Source: Hyphochytrium catenoides (Eukaryota > Protista > Hyphochytriomycota). From it: 39,329 nt of DNA. The translations under genes were made by a program, and so were the position numbers. Below, piece after piece: positions 11,174-22,412 of the stretch (its first letter is position 1; the number at the start of each line of letters is the position of its first letter). Under the pieces are notes generated by a model. That model was not told the DNA's origin and searched no databases. It saw nothing but the letters and a program-made list of their open reading frames with translations. The stretch covers positions 1 to 39,329 of the forward strand of contig FLMG01002327.1 of assembly GCA_900088475.1 (NCBI GenBank), in the 5' to 3' direction.

Positions 11174-11592
11174 CAGTTGCTAGCAATAGGCCAGGACCCT
11201 TGAGCTTTTTCATTGAAGCTGTGATGAGAATAGACTATTGACTCCACCTTCTTGAGACTACTGGAGTCGCAGCAAGAGGAGGGAAGCATGGAGGTCTCGT
11301 CCACTAAATGAGTCTTGAGCTGCGATCCTCTTTGTTTCGATGTGGCGCGGCTGCTGCGGGCCATTTAATTACCATGCGATGAGCTCAGAAGCATCATCGC
11401 TGTATAGATGGACCCAGAAAGATCAGCAACATCGTCTGTCTTGCATGTATTTGTGAGTCTTAATGTTTAAGCGTCTAAGCTCACAGTCACTAGTAATAGG
11501 CTGATCTTCATTAAGGGACTGAGAACAGTCTATCGACCCAACCTTCTTAAGAGCAAGCAAGAGGAGGGGATATTATGTGCGAGGTCGTCCAC
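11174..11592 (+). repeat. Two diverged direct copies of a 110-130 bp unit (11174-11304 and 11484-11592)
   Basis: Shared blocks: cagttgctagcaataggc / cagtcactagtaataggc; ttcattga / ttcattaa; tgagaatagactattgactccaccttcttgaga / tgagaacagtctatcgacccaaccttcttaaga; agcaagaggaggg; cgtccac. Confidence 0.75.
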
Positions 11593-12807
11593 CTGTGGCT
11601 GCTGTCCTGCCAGTAAGATACTATGCGAACAGTTTAGAAGTATCATCGTGCTTCGGTTTGAAAAGAGACTTTACATTCTTTGCGAGTTCGCTTTCTTTGT
11701 ATGCCACTTCAAGGTGTGCCGCCTCCCACTCATATGTTAGTAGCAAAGAGCAGAGTAACCGCGGAATGTGGATGCTTAATGAAAAAAGGTCTAATAGTTT
11801 GCGATTGGCGTCATGAGATTATCTGTTCTACCAATGCCGAAGGCCACCGAGGGGACTGGGTTCTAGTAGAGCACAAACATCAACAAATCTCTCGACACTT
11901 TATGCCACTTAGGTGGCATAGCAGTTGTCCGAGAAGATGCGTAATCGATCTCTTGTTGCCTTTTACGACTACTTTACGTTACTGCTCTGAGAATGGATGA
12001 AGATCATCACTGCTTGACCGACGCCAAACGGGATGATACCAGGATCTTCCACAATCTAGGCGCCCCACTTCTGGGCCTATTGAGCAGAAGTTCACTTCTG
12101 CAAGCAGTGATTTTGTTTCAGGCAAAGGGAACAGAGGGCAGGGTAGAGATAAACGCGGACGAGGACAGCATCAGTAACAAATGGCCACCAAGAAGTTACC
12201 TCCTCATTGCAAGACTTACAACCGACTAGTAGTGGGGTGTCTGTCTGTACGCACGCCCTCTTTTGGACTACTACCTCCCCTTGACAATTGGTCGGTTCTG
12301 TTCTTCTTCGTACCAACAGCAGCTGTAGTGCCTAGGGGCCCAGATTGTCCCTTCCTCCACAAGCACCAAGCGGCGCCAGTACGCAGTAAGGTGTTGCTCT
12401 CTGCCGCTACTACTAAGGGTGCTCTTGCTACGCTGTCTCCTTGTCTCATGCCGGAGAGTAAGGTAATAGTCAGCAACTTGGTCTAGCTTACGTCGACTGT
12501 ACTTTCTTTCCTGGTTTGATGAGTAAGAAAAGGCGATGGCGGCTGTTGATATCAAACGAATCCCCTTTCTAACCAGCTCGTGCTCCACATTCGGCAACAA
12601 GCCAAGGTGTGTGTTTTATTGAGAAGATTGCGCAAGCGGAGGGAAGAAGAAGGTTCCTAGTAAGTGCAGATAGAGGTGTATATTGCTGATGAGAAGACAA
12701 GAAAGTAGAACCTTTCCTAATCTCTGGTGAGGATAATATCGCGTCCCCGCTTGCGTGAATGTCGATAACGGAAAGTGCCTCCTACCGATGAGCATGAGGC
12801 GGACACC

Positions 12808-12841
12808 ATTCATTGATTGTGAATATTCATTGATTGTGAAT
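12808..12841. repeat. Perfect 17-bp tandem duplication (ATTCATTGATTGTGAAT x2)
   Basis: Read directly at 12808-12824 and 12825-12841. Each unit has 5-bp inverted ends (ATTCA...TGAAT). Confidence 0.9.
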
Positions 12842-14951
12842 AAGCATATACGACGCTACGAATCAACGCAGTGTATGACATCATCCTCTCCTTGGTGCCT
12901 TTTCTAGCAGACACCGTAGCCCTTCCACCGGAGATGCCGCTCTCTCATCATCGTCGCTCTGTTTCTCCGCTGTTTCTGAATCCACTCTAAAGACCCGCAA
13001 GCAAGTTCGAAGGTAAGCATCGTCATGAACGTACAAAGCTTGCCTAGCTATGGTAGCGCAGTAAGTATTGTTCCGCTTGTTGGTCATGATCTCACTCTTC
13101 CGGTGCCTAATAATGGTCGAGCAAGTGTCACCGTCACAATGCTCAGAACAGGCCTGATTCTATCCCCATCTCTGCTGTCCTCTGCAAGTACCTCGTCTCT
13201 TTGTTACGACTGCTCACATACACCTCAAGGGAACACAGGGAGAACTAGGAAGGATCTGACGCTTCGAATGTCATCGAAGATAGAAGGATAGCTGGCGACC
13301 TAGCCTTACCTGCCCCAGAACATACGATGTCCTGACTCTAATCAGCAGTCCCAGCCCGTCCTCCCACATCATGACACCGAGGTACGTCCAGGTGAGTCAG
13401 TAGTTCGACAGGTACGGAAGGCAGGGAGCGGTGATGAGGAGACTGAATGAGAAGAGGAAGAGAGGATGATGGTAAAGATCTACCGCTTATTGAGAAACAA
13501 GGGAAAGGAAAGCATGACTGCCTGCGCCGCGGCTTCTGTGATGCTCAAGATCCATCCTGGGGGTTGTCTGATAGTTAGGGTGGCATCATCGCCTCCCTAT
13601 TATTGAATGACGTCAGGTCCCTCACCCTGGGATCTGACTGCTTTGATTCAGTGGTCAAGCACTTTCAAAGTATATTACTACTGCACCAATTGATGTAGGT
13701 ATTCCTTTCAAGCACAACCTAAAGCAGACGCCATCTCGCTGACCCTCGAACTGTTTGAGGTAGATAGGATTAACCGCCCTGGGAGGATATCTTGTTCTCA
13801 CTCTGTCTGGACAGCGGATCATCTCATCATTGGTGTTATTCCACGGCCCCTAGGCTTTTTATACTAATAAGCCCTCGCGGAGGTTCTAGTTTGGGGTAGG
13901 GCCTGAGTTCTAGATTTGACGATAGTAGCGTTCGAAGTTGGGTCTGATTACCATTACAGGACCGAAAATAAACGGAAGGAATCTGGGATTTTTATAAACT
14001 TGTAGGTCGTTCTATGCGCAGACACGCGCTTTGACGTCTGATTCTTCCCAGGATTCCAGGATAAACTCTCACCAGTGATGATAAGCTATTGAGCTTTACA
14101 CTGTACTCCTACTACTAGTAGTCTAACCTCATAAAGGATACTCTCGAGACCTACTTATTTAGAGAATGTAGTGGTCGGCTGGGTGTACGTAGGCAGTAGG
14201 GGAAGTCAACGTCCAATTTTTGAGGGGAAGACACACTGACATGCTGGCTTCGGTCTTCGCTCTTCGGCCATCAGTACCGTGTTATAAAGCTACTCGGTCT
14301 GCTCTCTCTTGCTTTGTCTCTTACGTCAGGTTTCAGCCAAGCCCCAAACAGCTCAGACATCTGGCTTTCTTCGAACATCCCTTGTGAGGATTGCTAGTTT
14401 GCTAGTGACGTGAGTGTTAATATCCGACCTCCGCGCGTCTTCTCTTCGTGTCTGTCTCCCTTTCATTGTGTGTGCTCCTGCGTGCCTCCTTTCTTCTTCC
14501 TGTGGAGGAGGAGGTAGGTGCCAGGTGCCACTTCTCTCCCGACTTCAATCTTCAGAGATGAACCACATCTTCTGTGTAGCAAGATGCAACATCCTGAGAG
14601 TCGTTCTCTACAAGTGCACTAGTAGTCTATATTGTCTCCTCCCACCTCTTTGACCTTCCCGCAACCTTTCCCTTTGCGTCACCTCGTCCCTCTTCTTATG
14701 CCTCGTGTGATGTCACTGGTCTTGCCGAACAGGTGACTGCATACTCTGACGACCTTCATTGAAGCACTAATAGGAGAACGAGATACTGCTAGGAGTAAAT
14801 GACCTTTCCAGAAACAGACACTCGTGGTAATGACCTGGATCCTCGCGTGCGCCATGCCTTTCTTCTCTCATTCCAAAACTTTCTTGCATACCGACAAGAG
14901 CTTCCTTAAAGGCCGTAGTAGGACTCATCGCTCACTAACAGACAAGAAACC

Positions 14952-16016
14952 ATGCAGACCAAAAGCTTTCTTCTTTCCGCTCTTGTGATTGCTCTCACAG
15001 CCGGCGCTAGGAGCCAAGACATTGACTGCCCACCTGGCCATCTGTCCGTGTCTGTAGAAGGCGGAGAAACGGGCTGCGCTGCTCTTCCCATCTGTGTTGG
15101 TGGCATGCCCAAGGGCAATTGCCCTTCTGGATCCAAATGCGGGACCGTGAAGAGTGGCGTTCCGGGTTGCATTATTGACAAGACATCCCCACCGTCTCCA
15201 CCACCTGCTGATAAGACCTGCGCTGCCCTTGCTTGTAGCTTGGACGACTTCTCCACCCTCTGCGCTGCAGTGAAGGCTGCTGGTCTGGCGGAGGCGCTGT
15301 CGGGCAACACTGTGTTTGCCCCAACGAATAAGGCATTCACTGCAGCTAAGATCACCGACCTCAGTGCTATTGACAAGAACACCTTAACCTCAGTCCTGAC
15401 TTACCATGTCGTACCCGGCACTGTACTCGCCGCGGATCTGAAGGATCAACTTCGAGCCAAGACTGCAGCTGGGCCTGAAGTGACCATCGCCTTCAATGCC
15501 AAAAAGGAACCGTATGTAAACCAGGCGGCAATCACCAAACCTGATGTCAAGGCTAAGGACTGCGTCATCCACGTAATTGACGCCGTCCTAATGCCACCAA
15601 CCCCAGCTGGCAATGCTGTCGAGCAGCTTGTTGCACAGAAGGACGTCTCTGTGAAGACCCTGATTGATGTTGCTACTAAGCTGGAGGTTGCCCCGGTCAT
15701 CGCCAATGCTCCTGCTGTGACACTTCTGGCACCAATCGATTCCGCCTTCCAAGCCATTGAGTCTGTTGTTGCGACACTCACTCCTGAACAGATTAAGGGT
15801 GTTCTTGCCTATCACGCCTACCCAGCTGTCGTCTTCTCCGGCCCTCTCACCGATGGCCTGAAGCTTAAGAGTCTTGGTGGCGCTGAGGTCACCGTTGCCA
15901 AGAACTCCAGCGGTGTTTTCTTCAACAATGCAAAAGTTGTCCTGGCTGACGACACCGCGTCAAACGGTGTTGTACACTATATTGACCAGGTGCTCATTCC
16001 CCCTACCGCTCAGTAA
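14952..16016 (+). CDS. Secreted protein: signal peptide, 6-Cys domain, two FAS1 (fasciclin) domains, 354 aa, intronless
   Basis: Signal-like MQTKSFLLSALVIALTAGARS. FAS1 motifs TVFAPTNKAF, VLTYHVVP, VIHVIDAVLMP, and again TLLAPIDSAF, VLAYH, SNGVVHYIDQVLIP. Strong C/T-ending codon bias. Confidence 0.93.
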   Translation: MQTKSFLLSALVIALTAGARSQDIDCPPGHLSVSVEGGETGCAALPICVGGMPKGNCPSGSKCGTVKSGVPGCIIDKTSPPSPPPADKTCAALACSLDDFSTLCAAVKAAGLAEALSGNTVFAPTNKAFTAAKITDLSAIDKNTLTSVLTYHVVPGTVLAADLKDQLRAKTAAGPEVTIAFNAKKEPYVNQAAITKPDVKAKDCVIHVIDAVLMPPTPAGNAVEQLVAQKDVSVKTLIDVATKLEVAPVIANAPAVTLLAPIDSAFQAIESVVATLTPEQIKGVLAYHAYPAVVFSGPLTDGLKLKSLGGAEVTVAKNSSGVFFNNAKVVLADDTASNGVVHYIDQVLIPPTAQ

Positions 16017-16928
16017 GACAATCGTTTAACGAGTAAACGCCCTATAATCCATTGCTCTCGTCCCACGCGGTCTGTGTTGGGCGGGAGCGGATTATCTTCC
16101 ACAGCGGGCGCTCTAATAATAGTTCTCTCTATACCCATTAATGAACCATCATTTGCTTTAGGAATCCTTTCTTGTTTGCTAAAGGCATGGACTGCGTCGT
16201 ATCCTTCTCCGTCTGTTAGGCCCCAACAACGAGCAGGATACCAATGTCTACATGTTGTGCTCCTGCTGATGAGCTCACATTTCCAATGCCCTGTCCTTCC
16301 TTTTCTTGTCATTGGGTGGCCTTCTCATCCTGCGGCCACTTTCCTTCTTCAGCCACACGGTCGAACAAGTACTGCACAACCGCACTTCCAAATACTGTTA
16401 TTGTAGGCCCTTCATGCCTCGCTAATCGTTCCCTAAGTGCCTTGTGCATCCATTCCCTGCATCCATTCCTTGCTTCCGTGGCATCCACCTCCACCTAGAC
16501 TTGAGCGGCCTTTCCCTTTCTGTAGAGATCATCAAGCTGCTGCATCGTATGGACTCATGCGCTGCCTTGCGACACTAGCTCTCCTGCTGTTCTGCCTGTC
16601 GCTTCTGTGTACAATGGGCTTCTGATGAGGATGAGGATGGTTTCGGTTCGGAGTGAAAAGATCGTTCGCTGATTACAATTCTCGTAGTTGTCGTTAGGCT
16701 CTGTACGACAGATACATCTCCACAGCATGTAACACCCACAGTCCACTCCTGGGGGAGGTCACCATACCCCTCACATCAAAGTAAACCCTGCGCATTACTA
16801 GCTTCAAGATGCTAATTTGGACCTGAGAATGTATGCAACGGCCCTTGACGCGTGACCGTATTACTACTCCTTATGATGATGGCGGGTGAAAGGCTGTGGA
16901 GGAAGGGCAAGGTTGAAGGGCATATTTG

Positions 16929-17021
16929 GAGAGAGAGAGAGGGACANNNNNNNNNNNNNNNNNNNNNNNNNNNNNNNNNNNNNNNNNNNNNNNNNNNNNN
17001 NNNNAGAGAGAGAGGGAGAGA
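16929..17021. repeat. (GA)n microsatellite spanning an assembly gap
   Basis: GA runs flank N at 16947-17004. Confidence 0.9.
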
Positions 17022-17330
17022 CAGTATGGTTGGGAGCGGAGGTGAGGCATCCTTTCCAATAAACGAGCGGAAGGATAGGATGTAGCCGCTTCGGCGCTTT
17101 GAAGGCGAAAGTAGCGGCTTTCTCTCTCTTCCAGCCTACGAGTACTGCTTGCAGACTGTGGTGCACCAGCAGCCTTACAGTGGTCAATACGAGCACAACT
17201 TTTCCTCTGTTGCAGCACAGAAGCACAAAGAGCGCCGCCGTCTGGCTCTCGCTTGTTCACGTAAACGTCCCTGCTCAACTACAAGGGGGCGCCTTCCGTC
17301 TGCAGGTCAGATTGGCAGGGAACTAGAAGA

Positions 17331-19195
17331 ATGACGAGGTCAGAGCTCACCCGATGCCATGGTGATGGTTGTGACTGTGAGGCTTTCTCTCCGGACTATT
17401 GGCGGCCGGTGCGCTGCGCCAACTGTGAGCACGCTAAAATTTGGCACACCGACGGCGAGCAGCGCCAACCCGAACCCAGCACAGCCGTCAGGATTGTGGC
17501 CCCATTGATGCCTAGTTCTGAGAAGCTTGAAGGGTTCGAGCAGGCTAACAATAAACCGGCTCCTGCCTCTAAGGATATTGAAGCTCTGGATTTAGCCCTC
17601 GCGGTTGCTGGTGAACCTCCTGTTCCACTTCTGAACTCGTCTGCCAGGCGTCTGTTCCCTGCCTCTCCGTCTACAGAGGAAGAGTTGCCTATTCCCCGTG
17701 GTTCTAGCGCCCAGGAAGAATACCCTCAGGCGGATTCATGCCCGAAAGCTGACAACACGTACTGTCAAGAGCCAGGCTGTCTGTGTGCTGTCTACCATCA
17801 AAATCGGTTCAGCCTTGCTTTCACCAAGTGCACAGGTGCTTCACATCTTTGTGTTTCTTTTCGGCCTACCTCCTCTCTATAATGAGTTGCATGTAAAAGA
17901 GCATGGCATAGATGTCTCTTACCCTTACCTCTGAGGAAATGTTGCGTTTGAACATTGCTGTGGAATCATTTTGGGCCTACCAGTTGTTTTCCACGCGCTC
18001 GAATCTCTCGGTGTCTTCTAGGCTCCCACGCCTATGCGCGCATGAAATCGATATCCTTTAACTCGATCACTCGGCCGAGTTTCAACTTCTCACATAGCTT
18101 CTCTTAGAGTGTGGACACAATAAGGCTCTGCACAGTGGCACTGAGAATGTCCCTGCTCTGCCGGATCAAGAGACTGTCCCGCGGTGGGAACCACCGAGGA
18201 AGCGATCTTTCTGGCGCCAGTCTTTTAGCGTCGGGCTAAATAGAGGGTACAAGAGCAATGAGGGACTACAGCCTATCTTGTTTTCCTCTGCCGCAGGCAC
18301 CACGGTTTGCCGGCAACGCGGATGCCGTTGCGCGAAGTTTCAAAAAAACAGGTTCGATTCTACCTGCAATGTATGCATTCTGTGTGGCCACAATGAGGAG
18401 AGGCACGATGTCCCAGACAAGATGAAAGGTAAGCACTTCGATAAGCCAATCTTCGCATCACCCGTTCTACACCATGCTAGGGCCAGGGTTAAGTCATCTT
18501 GTTCACTTGTCCACAGGTGAGAGCCAACTTGTAGCTCATTTCCTGGCGCACTCTACGCGAATGTACCCCATATCCTCCATTTCAGTGAATCATACCAACA
18601 ACAATGCTGTAGAGGTGGAGTTGTCAACGATGCCCTTTAACAAATCCTCCCAATTGCCCCGCCACTGGAAAGCAGTTCCAAATATTAAGGGAAAAAGCTC
18701 TTATGTGAATGTTATGACTGGCGAAGCTAGAGCCGATGCGCCTTCTTCGACCCCTACGTGGGAACGAATCCATGAGTTGGAGGAGCTAATTGCTATGTTA
18801 AGAAAGGCAGGAGCAGGGCCTGAGAAAGTGCAAGAGCTTCAGAACAGCATTACTCCTGAGCGGCAAGGCCATAATGAGCGCCCACAGCAGCGGCGGTGGC
18901 ATCGCCAGCTCTTCCGCAAAAGCAGATAATGCGGCGATTGGTCACCATCTGCTTGTATGTCATAACTCCATGTGCTATTTATAATGTCAGCAGCCATCGC
19001 ATGTCCCCGTCTCGTGCTAGTCTTCTTCCTTCTCCGGTGGTAGTCCACAAGGCTGAATCATTTTCTGTCGAACGGAGAATGTCATCTGACAAGTCAAGCG
19101 GAGGGACCGAGTACCTACTAAAAGGAACGAAGGGACAGCACGGAGAGCCGAAGCAGGAACAACAAGAATCCACAGAGAACATTTCTCGGACTTAA
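17331..19195 (+). CDS. Uncharacterised protein with three C-x4-C-x-C...C-x2-C-x-H-x4-H repeats and a degenerate WW-like domain
   Basis: Introns 17836-18107 and about 18429-18516 join three ORFs in frame; the first restores repeat 2 (KCT|ECGHNKALH). WW-like segment: LPRHWKAVPNIKGKSSYVNVMTGEARADAP. The CDS ends at 18929 if unspliced, or at 19195 if a GC-AG intron at 18863-18990 is used. Confidence 0.75.
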
Positions 19196-20791
19196 GGAAA
19201 GGAAAATTTAGCTAAGTGACCTCGAAGGCATGTACGAGGCATCAAACGGAAAAGGTGTCCAGAAGCCAAGGACTTTCTCCTCGTGTAGACAAATTATCGT
19301 AACGTTCGGGACGAGCAACAATACAACGGCGGTTCAGAGTCGAAGAATGAATATAGTCGCGCCGAGGGCATATAGATCAGTCATTTATCCGCGCTGATCC
19401 CACCTCTAGGAGCGCATATCTAACACGGCCAACAGCTTCATTCTCCGCCACCGCGAAGTAAGAGAGCATATCGTAGTGCCCAATATGGGATGCATGAGAG
19501 TCACGATGATGGTTCACGGCCCACTCGCTATGACAAAAGCAGGTAAACATGAATCTGGCTGTAAGAGACTCAGAATACATATTGGAGGCAATCTTAGGCT
19601 TACAATTTGGTCGTATCTGCATGGCCGGTGCCCACATACTTGGCCTGTAAATGCTCCCACTGCCTGTTGACGTTAAACCGGTCGGCAGCCTTGTGCAAAA
19701 GTTAGACCGACCTTCGTCTACCAGTTTTTTCCTTGGTGAGACGTACCATAATGTTAGCTGCTAGCTTGGCTTATGCAGCTTCTTGCCGCTAAGACTCGGA
19801 TAGACGTCCGAGTTCTTTCAACGGGGCGCAATACTTAAGATTAGGCCCAGACAGACAAACCAAGCTCCCGGGACCAAGGTCGTAACTCAGTCCAGATGCT
19901 TTTAGCTGAATGAAGCCCTAGGGTTGAGCTCATGAAGCGATAGCCCGAGGAGGAGGTGGATGGCATAATGATAAGATGAAGAGCTGTAGAAGAGCTCCAA
20001 GTCTCTCCCTGAGCTCTGTCTTGTACAGTACTCGTAGGTCACTCATTCCAAGCTTCGAAAGCTTCCTCGGGAAATGTGGAAGGTTTCGCATATATCAATC
20101 ATACAAACTAGGTAAAAATGAAAGCTTCCACTACCCAGTAGCTTTCACAAGAACCCGACTCTGACCGGTAACGGCATCCTGTAAGGGAAATCCAATGTAA
20201 TGATTACAGAAGCTATTATTATTACAGAGCATAAGGTGATCTTCCAGAGATCGTTCTCGAGTGCTGCTGTAGCAATGTCGGTCGGTCGTTAAGACTATCT
20301 TGACCTCTTCTCTGTAGCTGTCCCGTCCTGCTTTCCTACGACGACGCAGTAGGAAGTAGCAGCGTCCGGAAGACACTCAAAGGGACTAACTAAGAACAAC
20401 ACTTCAGCATCGCCGGTTTTCTCTGTGTCATGAACAAGTTGTTGCTTCATAATATCTCCTTGTTACCATGAAGACTTATACGCACTATATACTGTGCAAA
20501 GTGAGCTCTTTCTGATGGTTACCTACAGAAGCAACAGGTCCATCACACTGTGTTCGATGAGCCCATGATGTGCTACCTTCGCCATACAGCGTCTGGAATA
20601 AAGATGAGCTGTAATAAGTAGCACGGGGAAGACATGGAGAGGAGGAGCTAAATGACCGACGGTAGTCTGGTCTATGTCAAAGACCATAGATATGCTGGAA
20701 AAATTCGTCAGCAATGCTAGAATAATCATCAGAGCTATTTCCCGAAACATGAACAAAGTCCGGGGTATGTGGCAAGGACCTTGATTAGCCT

Positions 20792-21384
20792 CTATCTGTC
20801 CAACTCAACCCTGAACTCCACGTCATCTCTTGGGTTGATGTCACGGTAGTCTTGCAGAAAAGAGATTCCTCAACAATGATAATGTAGACGCAAAGAGAGA
20901 AATTTCGCTCTCACCTGTTAGGCTGAAGGGATCGCATAGGCGCTGATCTTTCCAGAAAAGAGTCTGCAGGAGGGCGAGAGACGGGGTTTCAATATACTGA
21001 TTGGCAAGATGGGGGAAGGTGAAGAGACTGCACGCACTATAGTTTCCATATCACAGTTCAGTTCAGTTGCTACGTAGGCCTTGACGGATGCGATGGTTTG
21101 GCCCATCTTGAACTGTTAGCAAACAGCGTTAGCAATGCCAACCTGATGCTTCATAGACTTAAGACTCAGGGATTACCTTTCCTTTGATCTCATCACCGTC
21201 CGGCAGCCGTAAAAATATCTGTGCATACGTCATCACTTACAGAGCTTTGATTGCCACCAGCACTCAGCCTCACCTGCACCATTTCTTCAGTAATGCCCTT
21301 GATGTCGTCTTCTTTTCTCTCCTCCTCCTTCGCCCTGCGAGCAGTGCTCAAGTCTAATGCCATGCCTCCAACCTGCTCCGACAT
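20792..21384 (-). CDS. Small ubiquitin-fold (beta-grasp) protein, about 111 aa, 5 exons, no C-terminal GG
   Basis: Spliced: MSEQVGGMALDLSTARRAKEEERKEDDIKGITEEMVQ|IFLRLPDGDEIKGK|FKMGQTIASVKAYVATELNCDMETI|TLFWKDQRLCDPFSLT|DYRDINPRDDVEFRVELDR*. The pattern QIFLRLPDG..TIASVKA..LF...L.D..SL.DY follows the ubiquitin consensus. All four introns are GT-AG and in frame. Confidence 0.8.
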
Positions 21385-22412
21385 TTCTTGAAGAATCTGT
21401 TAAGGCACTGCCTATCCCGGAATATAGCTATCCTTCACGAAGGCCGTCGCTGATAGTGCAAAATTTGATATTATAGTCCTTGTCACTTGGCCGAGGAATG
21501 GCGACGATTCTTGCTGCTGGTAACTCTGCTTAGCCTATTGACGCTTAAGAACCCTTCCGGAGGAGAGTCCAGAGCTCGTGCGTGGACTGGTGTCCGTTCC
21601 CTACGCTAGAATGGACCCTTGCCTCTGAGTAGCGACGGTGCTAGGTTGTGGAGAGTGGATAGGAAGAGATGGTAGGTGATGAAGCCAAGCAAGCCAGAAC
21701 ATCTCTCAACTCCAATGTTACTGAAGAGCAGCAGGCTAGAAGGAAAAAGTGTCTGTTTTCCTTCAGTCTTTCCCTTGACACCTCATTGAAGAATCTTTTA
21801 TCTCCAACATCACAATAAATTTCAGGCTTGTAAAGAATCAATGGAACATTCTAATTCTGTTCTATACTAAACAAGTAAAAATGTGTATTCTGGGAAAAGA
21901 TAGAATCAAGTGAAATCTTCCTCAATTTTGGTCTTGCAAATAAGTCTGAGCATGTTCTGGATTAGCACGGACCAGTTCAGCACCCCATTTTGTTGTTGAG
22001 TCATAAACTGCCTGGGATCTTCCCTAATAAGTTCTAGTATTTATCAAACTGTTGTCAGAAGCAAGTTCCTTCCTAGCTTCAACCAGCACTGCAGCCAGCT
22101 CTGGCTAAGGTAAGCAAGCTTCAAAGCTTCCTCATCAACCAACAATAGTGAAACCTTTACTGACAGCCACCGGGCATCGGAGGTAAAGGTCTTTAGATAG
22201 GCATGTAGGACGAGCCTGTCGCTCTTTGTCTGTCTCAGATTTGAGAAAGAAGGCTCCATGCGAACAGATAAGAAGAAGCCAGTTTAAGGAGTTCAACCTT
22301 CATCAACCATCAACTCTGTAGAAAAAGAGCAGACAAGAAGCTAATAGGTGGTTGAGATCGGCTGCTTTGACAGTACTCTTACTACCGGAGCGCTGCCTCG
22401 AGCAAAGAAAGC

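Noticed and set aside
18351-18360. GGTTCGATTC, a tRNA T-loop / B-box-like motif
   Set aside because: It lies inside a coding exon (NRFDS), with no cloverleaf or A-box around it.
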